Shown: piece after piece, positions 23,999 to 37,300 of the stretch | Layout: every line of letters begins with the position of its first letter | How positions within the stretch are numbered: position 1 is the first letter of the stretch | Assembly: GCA_010909165.1 (NCBI GenBank) | Contig: MU008165.1 | Coordinates: forward strand, 2,047,042 to 2,111,041 | From: Anthoceros angustus | Lineage: Eukaryota > Plantae > Anthocerotophyta | DNA: 64,000 bases | Direction of reading: 5' to 3' | The notes under the pieces: model-generated | Told to the model about the DNA's origin: nothing | Database searches by the model: none | The model's input: the letters and a program-made list of their open reading frames with translations, nothing else | Translations under genes and position numbers: made by a program

Positions 23999-24250
23999 AA
24001 TTCTTTAGAGTTTTAAAGTGGTTTATTGACCATAGGCTGGTTTCTTACGTTCTTTGGGGTCCAATTCTTAAGAGTTTTAGAGTGATTTATTGAGGATAGG
24101 TTGATTTCTTACGTTCTTGAGGTCCAATTCTTAAGAGTTTTAAAGTGGTTTAGCGACAATAGGCTGGTTTCTTCGTTCTTTGGGGTCCAATTCTTAAGAG
24201 TTTTAAAGTGGTTTAGTGACAATAGGCTGGTTTCTTACGTTCTTTGGGAT
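23999..24250. repeat. ~63-bp minisatellite, 4 copies, present in essentially every 4-kb unit
   Basis: ccaattcttaagagttttaaagtggtttagcgacaataggctggtttcttcgttctttggggt and variants. Confidence 0.9.
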
Positions 24251-27200
24251 TTTGGGAGCGCTCTTATCAATGTGCTTTGGTGAGGTGAATCGTGTCATCC
24301 TCATCCAAGCACATTCAAGCGTTAGGTGGCGATTTAGGCGGCTCATGTATCGTGTATGATTTGGAGCTTTTGATCCTACATTGGCCATGTTATCGAGCTT
24401 GGCTGGTTGGATGGTGTCGTTTGAGGTTTACTTATGAGTCTCAAGCTTTGAGTGGATTGGGAGTTCGGAGGTAGTCGGTGTTTAGAGGTTCGTGTGTAGG
24501 TGTTCTTATTCAACATTGTCCACTTGTCTTTCTGGAGGTATTCGGTCTCATGTGAAGGTCTCTTTGGAGGGCTTTGTCCTATTTTGGTGTATATTTTCAA
24601 CAAAACCAGAATTGTTTTGAAAAACCCATAAATATTCATGTAAATTTAATCAGAAAAATGACTTATCTATACAAAAATAGAAGATAGTTATATGATAATT
24701 ATTAAATAAATAACTAAAATAATCAAAATAATTCAAATGATTATTTAATACTTTCTTCTCAATATAAATGAGATGATCTAAATCATCTAGGTGTACTCGT
24801 TGGATAGGGTGGCTCCATCTACAATAGGTGTACTCACTAGATGGGATGGCCCTATCCACCATAGGATAGCGCCAAAGCTACTTGATCTGGATGCCTGTGT
24901 TCATATATAGCAAGACACCATTGCAATTCAACATACAAGAAAAGCCTTTCATCTTCGTCGTTACTTTGGATTGCATTTTCTCCATCTTGTCGGAAGCTTT
25001 GTTCAATCCGCGCATACGACATTATATCCATCTCTACTCTCCCACTCACAATATCTCTTATCATTTGAATGTCCTCTTGGATGGAAATGAGGTCATTCGA
25101 AATTGATGTGGAAGATGACTTTCGTCTTGAGATGGTAAACCTTTTCGTAATCTCTTCTCTAAAGTGTATTTCACGTCTACATAATGGGCATGTACGTCAC
25201 GCCACACATATGCAACCATGGATCTAAACATTTTTATGATACAAATGAGCACATATATTTTATTTTAGTAATCTCTGGCCCACCTCAAGACTATCAAGGC
25301 AAGCGGTTGGTGGAATCCTTTCTTCATTTTGATAAACATTTGTAGATACATTGTAAATTGAAGACGTGTTCATGATTCTAACGCAATATTCTGAGATGTT
25401 ATGTAGGCTAGTATAACCGTAATGCACGAAGAATAGTAAATGTTATGAGAAAAACCTCTTCAAAAGGTTATGAAAATACCCTCTTTTCTAAGTATGTGAA
25501 AGAAGCATATACCTTCGCATATATAGGCCATCATTTTGATAATGACCTTGGATTTTGTACATCTAAATTTGACCTACTTTTGTTTATTTTAGGCTGTCAT
25601 TTTCTATTTTGTCCTTGGATTTCGATCATGTTTGGTTTTATTTTGTACTTGATTTGGCCCATGTGTCATTTTTATTTTGTCCTTGGATTTCGCCCATGTG
25701 AACTCTTTCAAGATATGTTTGAAGAACACGTACATCTCACATAGAGATTTAAAGGCGATATTCTTTTGAAAAGCATATTGTTAAAAAATTGAATGATTTT
25801 TGTGGAAAGAAAACAACGATAATCCTAAATCCTAACAAAACTACAACTAATGTTGTGCATGACAACTTCGGTGCATAGCCAAGGATGCTAATACATGGAA
25901 CGTAACAAGGCCATGAGGCGGGGCATGAGGTTAGGTGAAAACCAGGGTAAACCGGGGTCTTGAGATGATAAACCACTATTTGTATTCTCTTCTCTAAGTA
26001 TACTTCACGTCTACATAGTGGGCATGTACGTCACGCCACACACATATGCAACCATGGATCAAACATTTTTGTGATACAAATGAGCACATATGTTTATTTT
26101 AGTAATCTCTTGGCCCACCTCAAGTTTATCAAGGCAAAATTGCAGTCACTTGAATCATCGGCTTCTTCATTTTGATAAACATATGTAGATCCTCTCTATC
26201 TCTACTCTCTCAATAGAGTTTCTCATTAAGTAAGTTAAGTCGTTATAGTCGCTATGAAAATCGTTATGTCTATTCGCACGGATACTAAATATTCATCTCC
26301 TTATTTTATATTTTATTATATTTTTAATAATAAACTAATTTAAACATCATATAATTAGATTATAATAATAAAATCTTCATGATGATGAGATAAACACGGA
26401 TGAGCTTCTTACAATGCACAAGACTAGATGAAAATCCTCAATGAAATGCGGAATGAAATGATTGCAACAATAAATGGGATTGACATTATTTACGAAATAA
26501 ATGCGTTGAGGAATGTGATTCTCACACACATAATCGAGCATTTTCCGCACATAAATGATGTGGTTAGTGATGATGAGACGAGGCATGGATGAGTGTGGGT
26601 CCCTTTTCTACTAAGGTGGGTGATTCTAAATCTTTACCTAGCTCTTTGTCTATTATAGTCCACTTGATTGAATTTTCCTATAATAGGACTTGGTTCTTAA
26701 CAACTTGTACTATAGTGTGCCTCAGCTATTCGCACCAAGGGTATCCACTCCTCTAGACACCCCATCTAAGTATCGATCAAGCACAAGATGCTTAGTAACC
26801 ACGTTCTTATAAATGTTGTCTATTTGGCTTAAGAAATGGTGGCATTTCTTCCTCTGTGAGCTCGTTTTGAAAGTGTCTTTTGTTTAAGCATGGTGGCGAT
26901 AGCTGGAGGAGCTCTCCACCGTGCGCCTGAGACTTGCGCCTCTACATCACTAAAGAGCATATGTGACTTGTGTCGTGTGTAGGACCTAGCTACAGGCGTC
27001 GTGCAGCGTTTCCGCCATGGTCTAGGGGCCCTACCATACGTGAATGCATGTCCATATGGCCCTTCGTGGTATGCCACTACGGTGATGGGGAAAAATTGAA
27101 ATGTGTATGAATTGAGAGTGTAAAAGCGTCTTGAAAGTCTCACGGTGTGAGCTGTGGGTAAGCCTATTAAGGCCCTAGGTTGTGCGATTCACCAATATAT

Positions 27201-28806
27201 CGTTTTCCTGGTCTCATGGGGTTAGGAAGAGCCAACTTGCGTTCTCTTGCAGCCCTTGCGGTAGTGGATTACCACCGTCGTGACACAAAGCGAACATTGC
27301 GTGAACGGCATCACATAAAGCCCTCAAGCTTGAGGCAAGCGGTTGGTGGAATCCTTTGACGAATGATAGTGAGAAAGAGCTCATACATTTGCTGCCCGTG
27401 TGTATGTGTTCCCATACTAACATGTCTAAAACTATATGTTACACATGTGCATAGGTATATCTAACAAAGTGGCACCCTCGGCGGGACCTCACATTCAAGT
27501 GCAAAAGGCTTGATGTCCTAACCTAAGGCTTGTCATCGACTCATCATTCGCTAAGCTTTCCTTCACGGCTCCTGTTTGCCTAACAAGCCGTGCACACAAA
27601 TCCGTCGATCTCTTGATTTAGAAGGTTGCTTCTTGGGAAATGAAATGCTCTACTAACCGAGTCCTTAGAGGTTTTCGACTTCACGGAGGAGGAACTTGCC
27701 TCGACTTCCGTCGGAATAAAAATTCCAGAAATAGTCCCAATAGTAGTTCCCATGGGGCTTGTCAACACCCAGTGTATACCCTCGTGTTTGTGCTTGATCA
27801 TTAGATCCAAGTCTTCCAAGCACCGTCAGGCGTTATTCTTTGGGGTCTTCCTCATCCCACACTATTGTTGCGATGTTGAACTTCTTAGGCTCGAGTCTTG
27901 ACAAGGTCCGTGATCATCCATCCGCCAGTTCGTCCACAAAAACATTGCGTCGTCTAATTCTTTAGAGTTTTAAAGTGGTTTATTGACCATAGGCTGGTTT
28001 CTTACGTTCGTGGGGTCCAATTCTTAAGAGTTTTAGAGTGATTTATTGAGGATAGGTTGATTTCTTCGTTCTTGAGGTCCAATTCTTAAGAGTTTTAAAG
28101 TGGTTTATTGACAATAGGCTGGTTTCTTCGTTCTTTGGGGTCCAATTCTTAAGAGTTTTAAAGTGGTTTAGTGACAATAGGCTGGTTTCTTACGTTCTTT
28201 GGGATTTTGGAGCTCTTATCAATGTGCTTTGGTGAGGTGAATACGTGTCATCCTCATCCAAGCACATTCAAGCGATTAGGTGGCGATTTGGGCGGCTCAT
28301 GTATCGTGTATGATTTGGAGCTTTTGATCCAACATTGGCCATGTTATCGAGCTTGGCTGGTTGGATGGTGTCGTTTGAGGTTTACTTCGTTATGAGTCTC
28401 AAGCTTTGAGTGGATTGGGAGTTCGGAGGTAGTCGGTGTTTAGGTTCGTGTGTAGGTGTTCTTATTCAACATTGTCCACTTGTCTGCTGGAGGTATTCGG
28501 TCTCGATGTGAAGGTCTCTTTGGAGGGCTTTGTCCTATTTTGGTGTATATTTTCAACAAAACCAGAATTGTTTTGAAAAACCCATAAATATTCATGTAAA
28601 TTTAATCAGAAAAATGACTTATCTATACAAAATAGAAGATAGTTATATGATAATTATTAAATAAATAACTAAAATAATCAAAATAATTCAAATGATTATT
28701 TAATACTTTCTTCTCAATATAAATGAGATGATCTAAATCATCTAGGTGTACTCGTTGGATAGGGTGGCTCCATCTACAATAGGTGTACTCACTAGATGGG
28801 ATGGCC

Positions 28807-29332
28807 CTATCCACCATAGGATAGTGCCAAAGCTACTTGATCCGGATGCCTGTTCATATATAGCAAGACACCATTGCAATTCAACATACAAGAAAAGCCT
28901 TTCATCTTCTCGTTACTTTGGATTGCATTTTCTCCATCTTGTCGGAAGATTTGTTCAATCCGCATCGACATTATATCCATCTCTACTCTCCACTCACAAT
29001 ATCTCTTATCATTTTGAATGTCCTCTTGGATGGAAATGAGGTCATTCGAAATTGATGTGGAAGATGACTTTCGTCTTGAGATGGTAAACCTTTTTATAAT
29101 CTCTTCTCTAAAGTGTATTTCACGTCTACATAATGGGCATGTACGCGCCCGCACATATGTAACCATGGATCTAAACATTTTTATGATACAAATGAGCACA
29201 TATATTTATTTTAGTAATCTCTGGCCCACCTCAAGACTATCAAGGCAAACAAAGACAAGTCACTTACGAATCATCGGCTTCTTCATTTTGATAAACATTT
29301 GTAGATACATTGTAAATTGAAGACGTGTTCAT
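28807..29332 (-). CDS. RING-H2 putative E3 ligase ORF 1 of the tandem unit (representative copy; ~12 copies, some partial)
   Basis: Manual consensus across copies MNTSSIYNVSTNVYQNEEADDSSD-CxxC-LDSLEVGQEITKINI-CAHLYHKKC-LDPWLHMCGVTT-CPLC-RREI; individual copies show indels. Confidence 0.7.
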
Positions 29333-32300
29333 GATTTCTAACAATATTCTGATGTTATGTAGGCTAGTATAACCGTAATGCACGAAGAATAGTAAATGTT
29401 ATGAGAAAAACCTCTTCAAAAGGTTATGAAAAATACCCTCTTTTCTAAAGTATGTGAAAGAAGCATATACCTTATATATAGGCCATCATTTTGATAATGA
29501 CCTTGGATTTTGTACATCTAAAATTTGACCTACTTTTGTTTATTTTAGGCTGTCATTTTCTATTTTGTCCTTGGATTTCGATCATGTTTGGTTTTATTTT
29601 GTACTTGATTTGGCCATGTGTCATTTTTATTTTGTCCTTGGATTTCATGTGAACTCTTTCAAGATATGTTTGAAGAACACGTACATCTCACATAGAGATT
29701 TAAAGGCGGATATTCTTTTGAAAAGCATATTGTTAAAAAAATTGAATGATTTTTGTGGAAAAGAAAACAACGATAATCCTAAATCCTAACAAAACTACAA
29801 CTAATGTTGTGCATGACAACTTCGATTAGCCAAGGATGCTAATACATGGGCTGTAACAAGGCCATGAGGCGGGGCATGAGGTTAGGTGAAAAACCAGGGT
29901 AAACCAGGTCTTGAGATGATAAACCACTATTTGTATTCTCTTCTCTAAAGTATACTTCACGTCTACATAGTGGGCATGTACGTCACGCCACACACATATG
30001 CAACCATGGATCAAACATTTTTGTGATACAAATGAGCACATATGTTTATTTTAGTAATCTCTTGGCCCACCTCAAGTTTATCAAGGCAAGCACAAGTCAC
30101 TTGAATCATCGGCTTCTTCATTTTGATAAACATATGTAGATCCTCTATCTCTACTCTCTCAATAGAGTTTCTCATTAAGTAAGTTAAGTCGTTATAGTCG
30201 CTATGAAAATCGTTATGTCTATTTACGGATACTAAATATTCATCTCCTTATTTTATATTTTATTATATTTTTAATAATAAACTAATTTAAACATCATATA
30301 ATTAGATTATAATAATAAAATCTTCATGATGATGAGATAAACACGGATGAGCTTCTTACAATGCACAAGACTAGATGAAATCCTCAATGAAATGCGGAAT
30401 GAAATGATTGCAACAATAAATGGGATTGACATTATTTACGAAATAAATGCTTGAGGAATGTGATTCTCACACACATAATCGAGCATTTTCCATATAAATG
30501 ATGTGGTTAGTGATGATGAGGCGAGGCATGGATGAGTGTGGGTCCCTTTTCTACTAAGGTGGGTGATTCTAAATCTTTACCTAGCTCTTTGTCTATTATA
30601 GTCCACTTGATTGAATTTTCCTATAATAGGACTTGGTTCTTAACAACTTGTACTATAGTGTGCCTCACTATTCGCACCAAGGGTATCCACTCCTCTAGAC
30701 ACCCCATCTAAGTATCGATCAAGCACAAGATGCTTAGTAACCACGTTCTTATAAATGTTGTCTATTTGGCTTAAGAAATGGCATTTCTTCCCTCTGAGCT
30801 CGTTTTGAAAGTGTCTTTTTGTTTAAGCATGGTGGCGATAGCGCTGGAGGGGAGCTCTCCACCGTGCCAGCAACTGTTCAGACTTGCGCCTCTACATCAC
30901 TAAAGAGCAGCATATGTGACTTGTGTCTATGTGTAGGACCCAGCTACCTGAGCGTCGTACGACGTTTCCGCCATGGTCTAGGGGCCCTACCATACGTGAA
31001 TGCATGTCCATATGGCCCTTCAAGGTATGCCACTACGAGTGATGGGGAAAAATTGAAATGTGTATGAATTGAGAGTGTAAAACGTCTTGAAAGTCTCACA
31101 TGGTGTGAGCCTGGGTAAGCCTATTAAGGCCCTAGGTTGTGCAAGATTCGACCAATATATCGCTTTTCCTGGTCTCATGGGGTTAGGAAGAGCCAACTTG
31201 CAGTTCTCTTGCAGCCCTTGCGGTAGTGGATTACCACCGGTCGTGACACAAAGCGAACATTGCGACGGCATCACATAAAGCCCTCAAGCTTGAGGCAAAC
31301 TGGTTGGTGGAATCCTTTGGAATGATAGTGAGAAAGAGCTCATACATTTGCTGCCCGTGTGTATGTGTTCCCATACTAAAAACTATAACTATATGTTACA
31401 CATGTGCATAGGTATATCTAACAAAGTGGCACCCTCGGCGGGACCTCACCACATTCAAGTGCAAAAGGCTTGATGTCCTAACCTAAGGCTGGCTTGTCAT
31501 CGACTCATCATTCGCTAAGCTTTCCTTCACGGCTCCTGTTTGCCTAACAAGCCGGGCACACAAATCGATCTCTTGATTTAGAAGGTTGCTTCTTGGGAAA
31601 TGAAATGCTCTACTAAGGAGTCCTTAGAGGTTTTCACTTCACGGAGGAGGAACTTGCTGCCTCGCGGAATAAAAATTCGAAATAGTCCCAATAGTAGTTC
31701 CCATGGGGCTTGTCAACACCAGTGTATACCCTCGTGTTTGTGCTTGATCATTAGATCCAAGTCTTCCAAGCACCGTCGGGCAATTATTCTGGGTCTTCCT
31801 CATCCCACACTATTGTTGCGATGTTGAACTTCTTAGGCTCGAGTCTTCTAACAAGGTCCGTGATCATCCATCCGCCATGAAAGTTCGTCACAAAAACATT
31901 GCGTCTAATTCTTTAGAGTTTTAAAGTGGTTTATTGACCATAGGCTGGTTTCTTCGTTCGTCGGGGTCCAATTCTTAAGAGTTTTAGAGTGATTTATTGA
32001 GGATAGGTTGATTTCTTACGTTCTTGAGGTCCAATTCTTAAGAGTTTTAAAGTGGTTTATTGACAATAGGCTGGTTTCTTCGTTCTTTGGGGTCCAATTC
32101 TTAAGAGTTTTAAAGTGGTTTAGTGACAATAGGCTGGTTTCTTACGTTCTTGGGATTTTGGGAGCGCTCTTATCAATGTGCTTTGGTGAGGTGAATACGT
32201 GTCATCCTCATCCAAGCACATTCAAGCGATTAGGTGGCGATTTAGGCGGCTCATGTATCGTGTATGATTTGGAGCTTTTGATCCAACATTGGCCATGTTA

Positions 32301-33868
32301 TCGCTTGGCTGGTTGGATGGTGTCGTTTGAGGTTTACTTCGTTATGAGTCTCAAGCTTTGAGTGGATTGGGAGTTCGGAGGTAGTCGGTGTTTAGGTTCG
32401 TGTGTAGGTGTTCTTATTCAACATTGTCCACTTGTCTTCTTTGGAGGTGTATTCGGTCTCGATGTGAAGGTCTCTTTGGAGGGCTTTGTCCTATTTTGGT
32501 GTATATTTTCAACAAAACCAGAATTGTTTTGAAAAACCCATAAATATTCATGTAAATTTAATCAGAAAAATGACTTATCTATACAAAAATAGAAGATAGT
32601 TATATGATAATTATTAAATAAATAACTAAAATAATCAAAATAATTCAAATGATTATTTAATACTTTCTTCTCAATATAAATGAGATGATCTAAATCATCT
32701 AGGTGTACTCGTTGGATAGGGTGGCTCCATCTATAATAGGTGTACTCACTAGATGGGATGGCCCTATCCACCATAGGATAGCGCCAAAGCTACTTGATCC
32801 GGATGCCTGTGTTCATATATAGCAAGACACCATTGCAATTCAACATACAAGAAAAGCCTTTCATCTTCGTTACTTTGGATTGCATTTTCTCCATCTTGTC
32901 GGAAGATTTGTTCAATCCGCATCGACATTATATCCATCTCTACTCTCCCACTCACAATATCTCTTATCATTTTGAATGTCCTCTTGGATGGAAATGAGGT
33001 CATTCGAAATTGATGTGGAAGATGACTTTCGTCTTGAGATGGTAAACCTTTTCGTAATCTCTTCTCTAAAGTGTATTTCACGTCTACATAATGGGCATGT
33101 CACGCCACACATATGCAACCATGGATCTAAACATTTTTATGATACAAATGAGCACATATATTTATTTTAGTAATCTCCGCCCACCTCAAGACTATCAAGG
33201 CAAAGACAAGTCACTTGAATCATCGGCTTCTTCATTTTGATAAACATTTGTAGATACATTGTAAATTGAAGACGTGTTCATGATTTCTAACGCAATATTC
33301 TGATGTTATGTAGGCTAGTATAACCGTAATGCACGAAGAATAGTAAATGTTATGAGAAAAACCTCTTCAAAAGGTTATGAAAAATACCCTCTTTTCTAAA
33401 GTATGTGAAAGAAGCATATACCTTCGCATATATAGGCCATCATTTTGATAATGACCTTGGATTTTGTACATCTAAATTTGACCTACTTTTGTTTATTTTA
33501 GGCTGTCATTTTCTATTTTGTCCTTGGATTTCGATCATGTTTGGTTTTATTTTGTACTTGATTTGGCCCATGTGTCATTTTTATTTTGTCCTTGGATTTC
33601 ATGTGAACTCTTTCAAGATATGTTTGAAGAACACGTACATCTCACATGATGATTTAAAGCGGATATTCTTTTGAAAAGCATATTGTTAAAAAAATTGAAT
33701 GATTTTGTGGAAAAACAACGATAATCCTAAATCCTAACAAAACTACAACTAATGTTGTGCATGACAACTACATTACATCTCACATGATGATTTAAAGGCG
33801 GATATTCTTTTGAAAAGCATATTGTTAAAAAAATTGAATGATTTTGTGGAAAGAAAACAACGATAATC

Positions 33869-34315
33869 CTAAATCCTAACAAAACTACAACTAATGTTGT
33901 GCATGACAACTTCGATTGCATAGCCAAGGATGCTAATACATGGGGCTAACAAGGCCATGAGGCGGGGCATGAGGTTAGGTGAAAAACCAGGGTAAACCAG
34001 GTCTTGAGATGATAAACCACTATTTGTATTCTCTTCTCTAAAGTATACTTCACGTCTACATAGTGGGCATGTCACGCCACACACATATGCAACCATGGAT
34101 CAAACATTTTTGTGATACAAATGAGCACATATGTTTATTTTAGTAATCTCTTGGCCCACCTCAAGTTTATCAAGGCAAAGACAAGTCACTTGAATCATCG
34201 GCTTCTTCATTTTGATAAACATATGTAGATCCTCTATCTCTACTCTCTCAATAGAGTTTCTCATTAAGTAAGTTAAGTCGTTATAGTCGCTATGAAAATC
34301 GTTATGTCTATTCGC
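33869..34315 (-). CDS. RING-H2 putative E3 ligase ORF 2 of the tandem unit (representative copy; ~7-8 copies) with hydrophobic C-terminus
   Basis: Consensus ..LMRNSIERVEIE..VYQNEEADDSSD-CxxC-LDKLEVGQEITKINICAHLYHKxCLxPWLHMCGVTTCPLCRREVYF..LMPRLMALLxPCISILGYAIxVVMHNISCSFVRI*; start codon uncertain. Confidence 0.65.
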
Positions 34316-37300
34316 ACGGATACTAAATATTCATCTCCTTATTTTATATTTTATTATATTTTTAATAATAAACTAATTTAAACATCATATAATTAGATTA
34401 TAATAATAAAATCTTCATGATGATGAGATAAACACAGATGAGCTTCTTACAATGCACAAGACTAGATGAAATCCTCAATGAAATGCGGAATGAAATGATT
34501 GCAACAATAAATGGGATTGACATTATTTACGAAATAAATGTTGAGGAATGTGATTCTCACACATAATGAGCATTTTCCACATAAATGATGTGGTTAGTGA
34601 TGATGAGGCAGGCATGGATGAGTGTGGGTCCCTTTTCTACTAAGGTGGGTGATTCTAAATCTTTACCTAGCTCTTTGTCTATTATAGTCCACTTGATTGA
34701 ATTTTCCTATAATAGGACTTGGTTCTTAACAACTTGTACTATAGTGTGCCTCAGCTATTCGCACCAAGGGTATCCTCCTCTAGACACCCCATCTAAGTAT
34801 CGATCGAAGCACAAGATGCTTAGTAACCACGTTCTTATAAATGTTGTCTATTTGGCTTAAGAAATGGTGGCATTTCTTCCTCTGAGCTCGTTTTGAAAGT
34901 GTCTTTTGTTTAAGCATGGTGGCGATAGCTGGAGGAGCTCTCCACCGTGCCGACCTCGAGACTTGCGCCTACATCACTAAAGAGCGGCATATGTGACTTG
35001 TGTCGTGTGTAGGACCTAGCTACGGCGTCGTCGGCGTTTCCGCCATGGTCTAGGGGCCCTACCATACGTGAATGCATGTCCATATGGCCCTTGGTATGCC
35101 ACTACGAGTGATGGGGAAAAATTGAAATGTGTATGAATTGAGAGTGTAAAAGCGTCTTGAAAGTCTCACGGTGTGAGCCTGTGGTAAGCCTATTAAGGCC
35201 CTAGGTTGTGCGATTCGACCAATATATCGTTTTCCGGTCTCATGGGGTTAGGAAGAGCCAACTTGCGTTCCCTTGCAGCCCTTGCGGTAGTGGATTACCA
35301 CCAGTCGTGACACAAAGCGAACATTGCGTGAGCGGCATCACATAAAGCCCTCAAGCTTGAGGCAAACTGGTTGGTGGAATCCTTTGACGAATGATAGTGA
35401 GAAAGAGCTCATACATTTGCTGCCCGTGTGTATGTGTTCCCATACTATGACCCCCTATAACTATATATTACACATGTGCATAGGTATATCTAACAAAGTG
35501 GCACCCTCGGCGGGACCTCACCACATTCAAGTGCAAAAGGCTTGATGTCCTAACCTAAGGCTTGTCATCGACTCATCATTCGCTAAGCTTTCCTTCACGG
35601 CTCCTGTTTGCCTAACAAGCCGGGCACACAAATCCGTCGATCTCTTGATTTAGAAGGTTGCTTCTTGGGAAATGAAATGCTCTACTAACCGAGTCCTTAG
35701 AGGTTTTCGACTTCACGGAGGAGGAACTTGCTGCCTCGGCTGCGGAATAAAAATTCCAGAAATAGTCCCAATAGTAGTTCCCATGGGGCTTGTCAACACC
35801 AGTGTATACCCTCATGTTTGTGCTTGATCATTAGATCCAAGTCTTCCAAGCACCGTCGGGCAATTATTCTTTGGGGTCTTCCTCATCCCACACTATTGTT
35901 GCGATGTTGAACTTCTTAGGCTCGAGTCTTGACAAGGTCCGTGATCATCCATCCGCCAGTTCGTCCACAAAAACATTGCGTCATCTAATTCTTTAGAGTT
36001 TTAAAGTGGTTTATTGACCATAGGCTGGTTCTTACGTTCTTGAGGTCCAATTCTTAAGAGTTTTAGAGTGATTTATTGAGGATAGGTTGATTTCTTACGT
36101 TCTTGAGGTCCAATTCTTAAGAGTTTTAAAGTGGTTTAGCGACAATAGGCTGGTTTCTTCGTTCTTTGGGGTCCAATTCTTAAGAGTTTTAAAGTGGTTA
36201 GTGACAATAGGCTGGTTTCTTCGTTCTTTGGGATTTTGGGAGCGCTCTTATCAATGTGCTTTGGTGAGGTGAATACGTGTCATCCTCATCCAAGCACATT
36301 CAAGCGATTAGGTGGCGATTTGGGGCGGCTCATGTATCGTGTATGATTTGGAGCTTTTGATCCTACATTGGCCATGTTATCGAGGCTTGGCTGGTTGGAT
36401 GGTGTCGTTTGAGGTTTGCCTAACAAGCCGTGCACACAAATCCGTCGATCTCTTGATTTAGAAGGTTGCTTCTTGGGAAATGAAATGCTCTACTAACCGA
36501 GTCCTTAGAGGTTTTCGACTTCACGGAGGAGGAACTTGCTGCCTCGACTTAGTGCGGAATAAAAATTCCAGAAATAGTCCCAATAGTAGTTCCCATGGGG
36601 CTTGTCAACACCAGTGTATACCCTCATGTTTGTGCTTGATCATTAGATCCAAGTCTTCCAAGCACCGTCGGGCAATTATTCTTTGGGGTCTTCCTCATCC
36701 CACACTATTGTTGCGATGTTGAACTTCTTAGGCTCGAGTCTTGACAAGGTCCGTGATCATCCATCCGCCTAAAAGTTCGTCCACAAAAACATTGCGTCAT
36801 CTAATTCTTTAGAGTTTTAAAGTGGTTTATTGACCATAGGCTGGTTTCTTACGTTCTTGAGGTCCAATTCTTAAGAGTTTTAGAGTGATTTATTGAGGAT
36901 AGGTTGATTTCTTACGTTCTTGAGGTCCAATTCTTAAGAGTTTTAAAGTGGTTTAGCGACAATAGGCTGGTTTCTTCGTTCTTTGGGGTCCAATTCTTAA
37001 GAGTTTTAAAGTGGTTTAGTGACAATAGGCTGGTTTCTTCGTTCTTTGGGATTTTGGGAGCGCTCTTATCAATGTGCTTTGGTGAGGTGAATACGTGTCA
37101 TCCTCATCCAAGCACATTCAAGCGATTAGGTGGCGATTTGGGGCGGCTCATGTATCGTGTATGATTTGGAGCTTTTGATCCTACATTGGCCATGTTATCG
37201 AGGCTTGGCTGGTTGGATGGTGTCGTTTGAGGTTTACTTCGTTATGAGTCTCAAGCTTTGAGTGGATTGGGAGTTCGGAGGTAGTCGGTGTTTAGGTTCG

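Noticed and set aside
23999-24250. 63-bp repeats as a CRISPR array
   Set aside because: Head-to-tail units with no unique spacers, no cas genes, eukaryotic TE context.
25297-25322. RING ORF 1 in unit 1 lacking its first Cys pair as a real variant
   Set aside because: Replaced by gcggttggtggaatccttt from elsewhere in the unit; most likely a consensus chimera.
26288-26305. AAGGAG next to an ATG upstream of RING ORF 2 as a Shine-Dalgarno site
   Set aside because: Zero spacing, the ATG frame closes immediately in most copies, and nothing else is prokaryotic.
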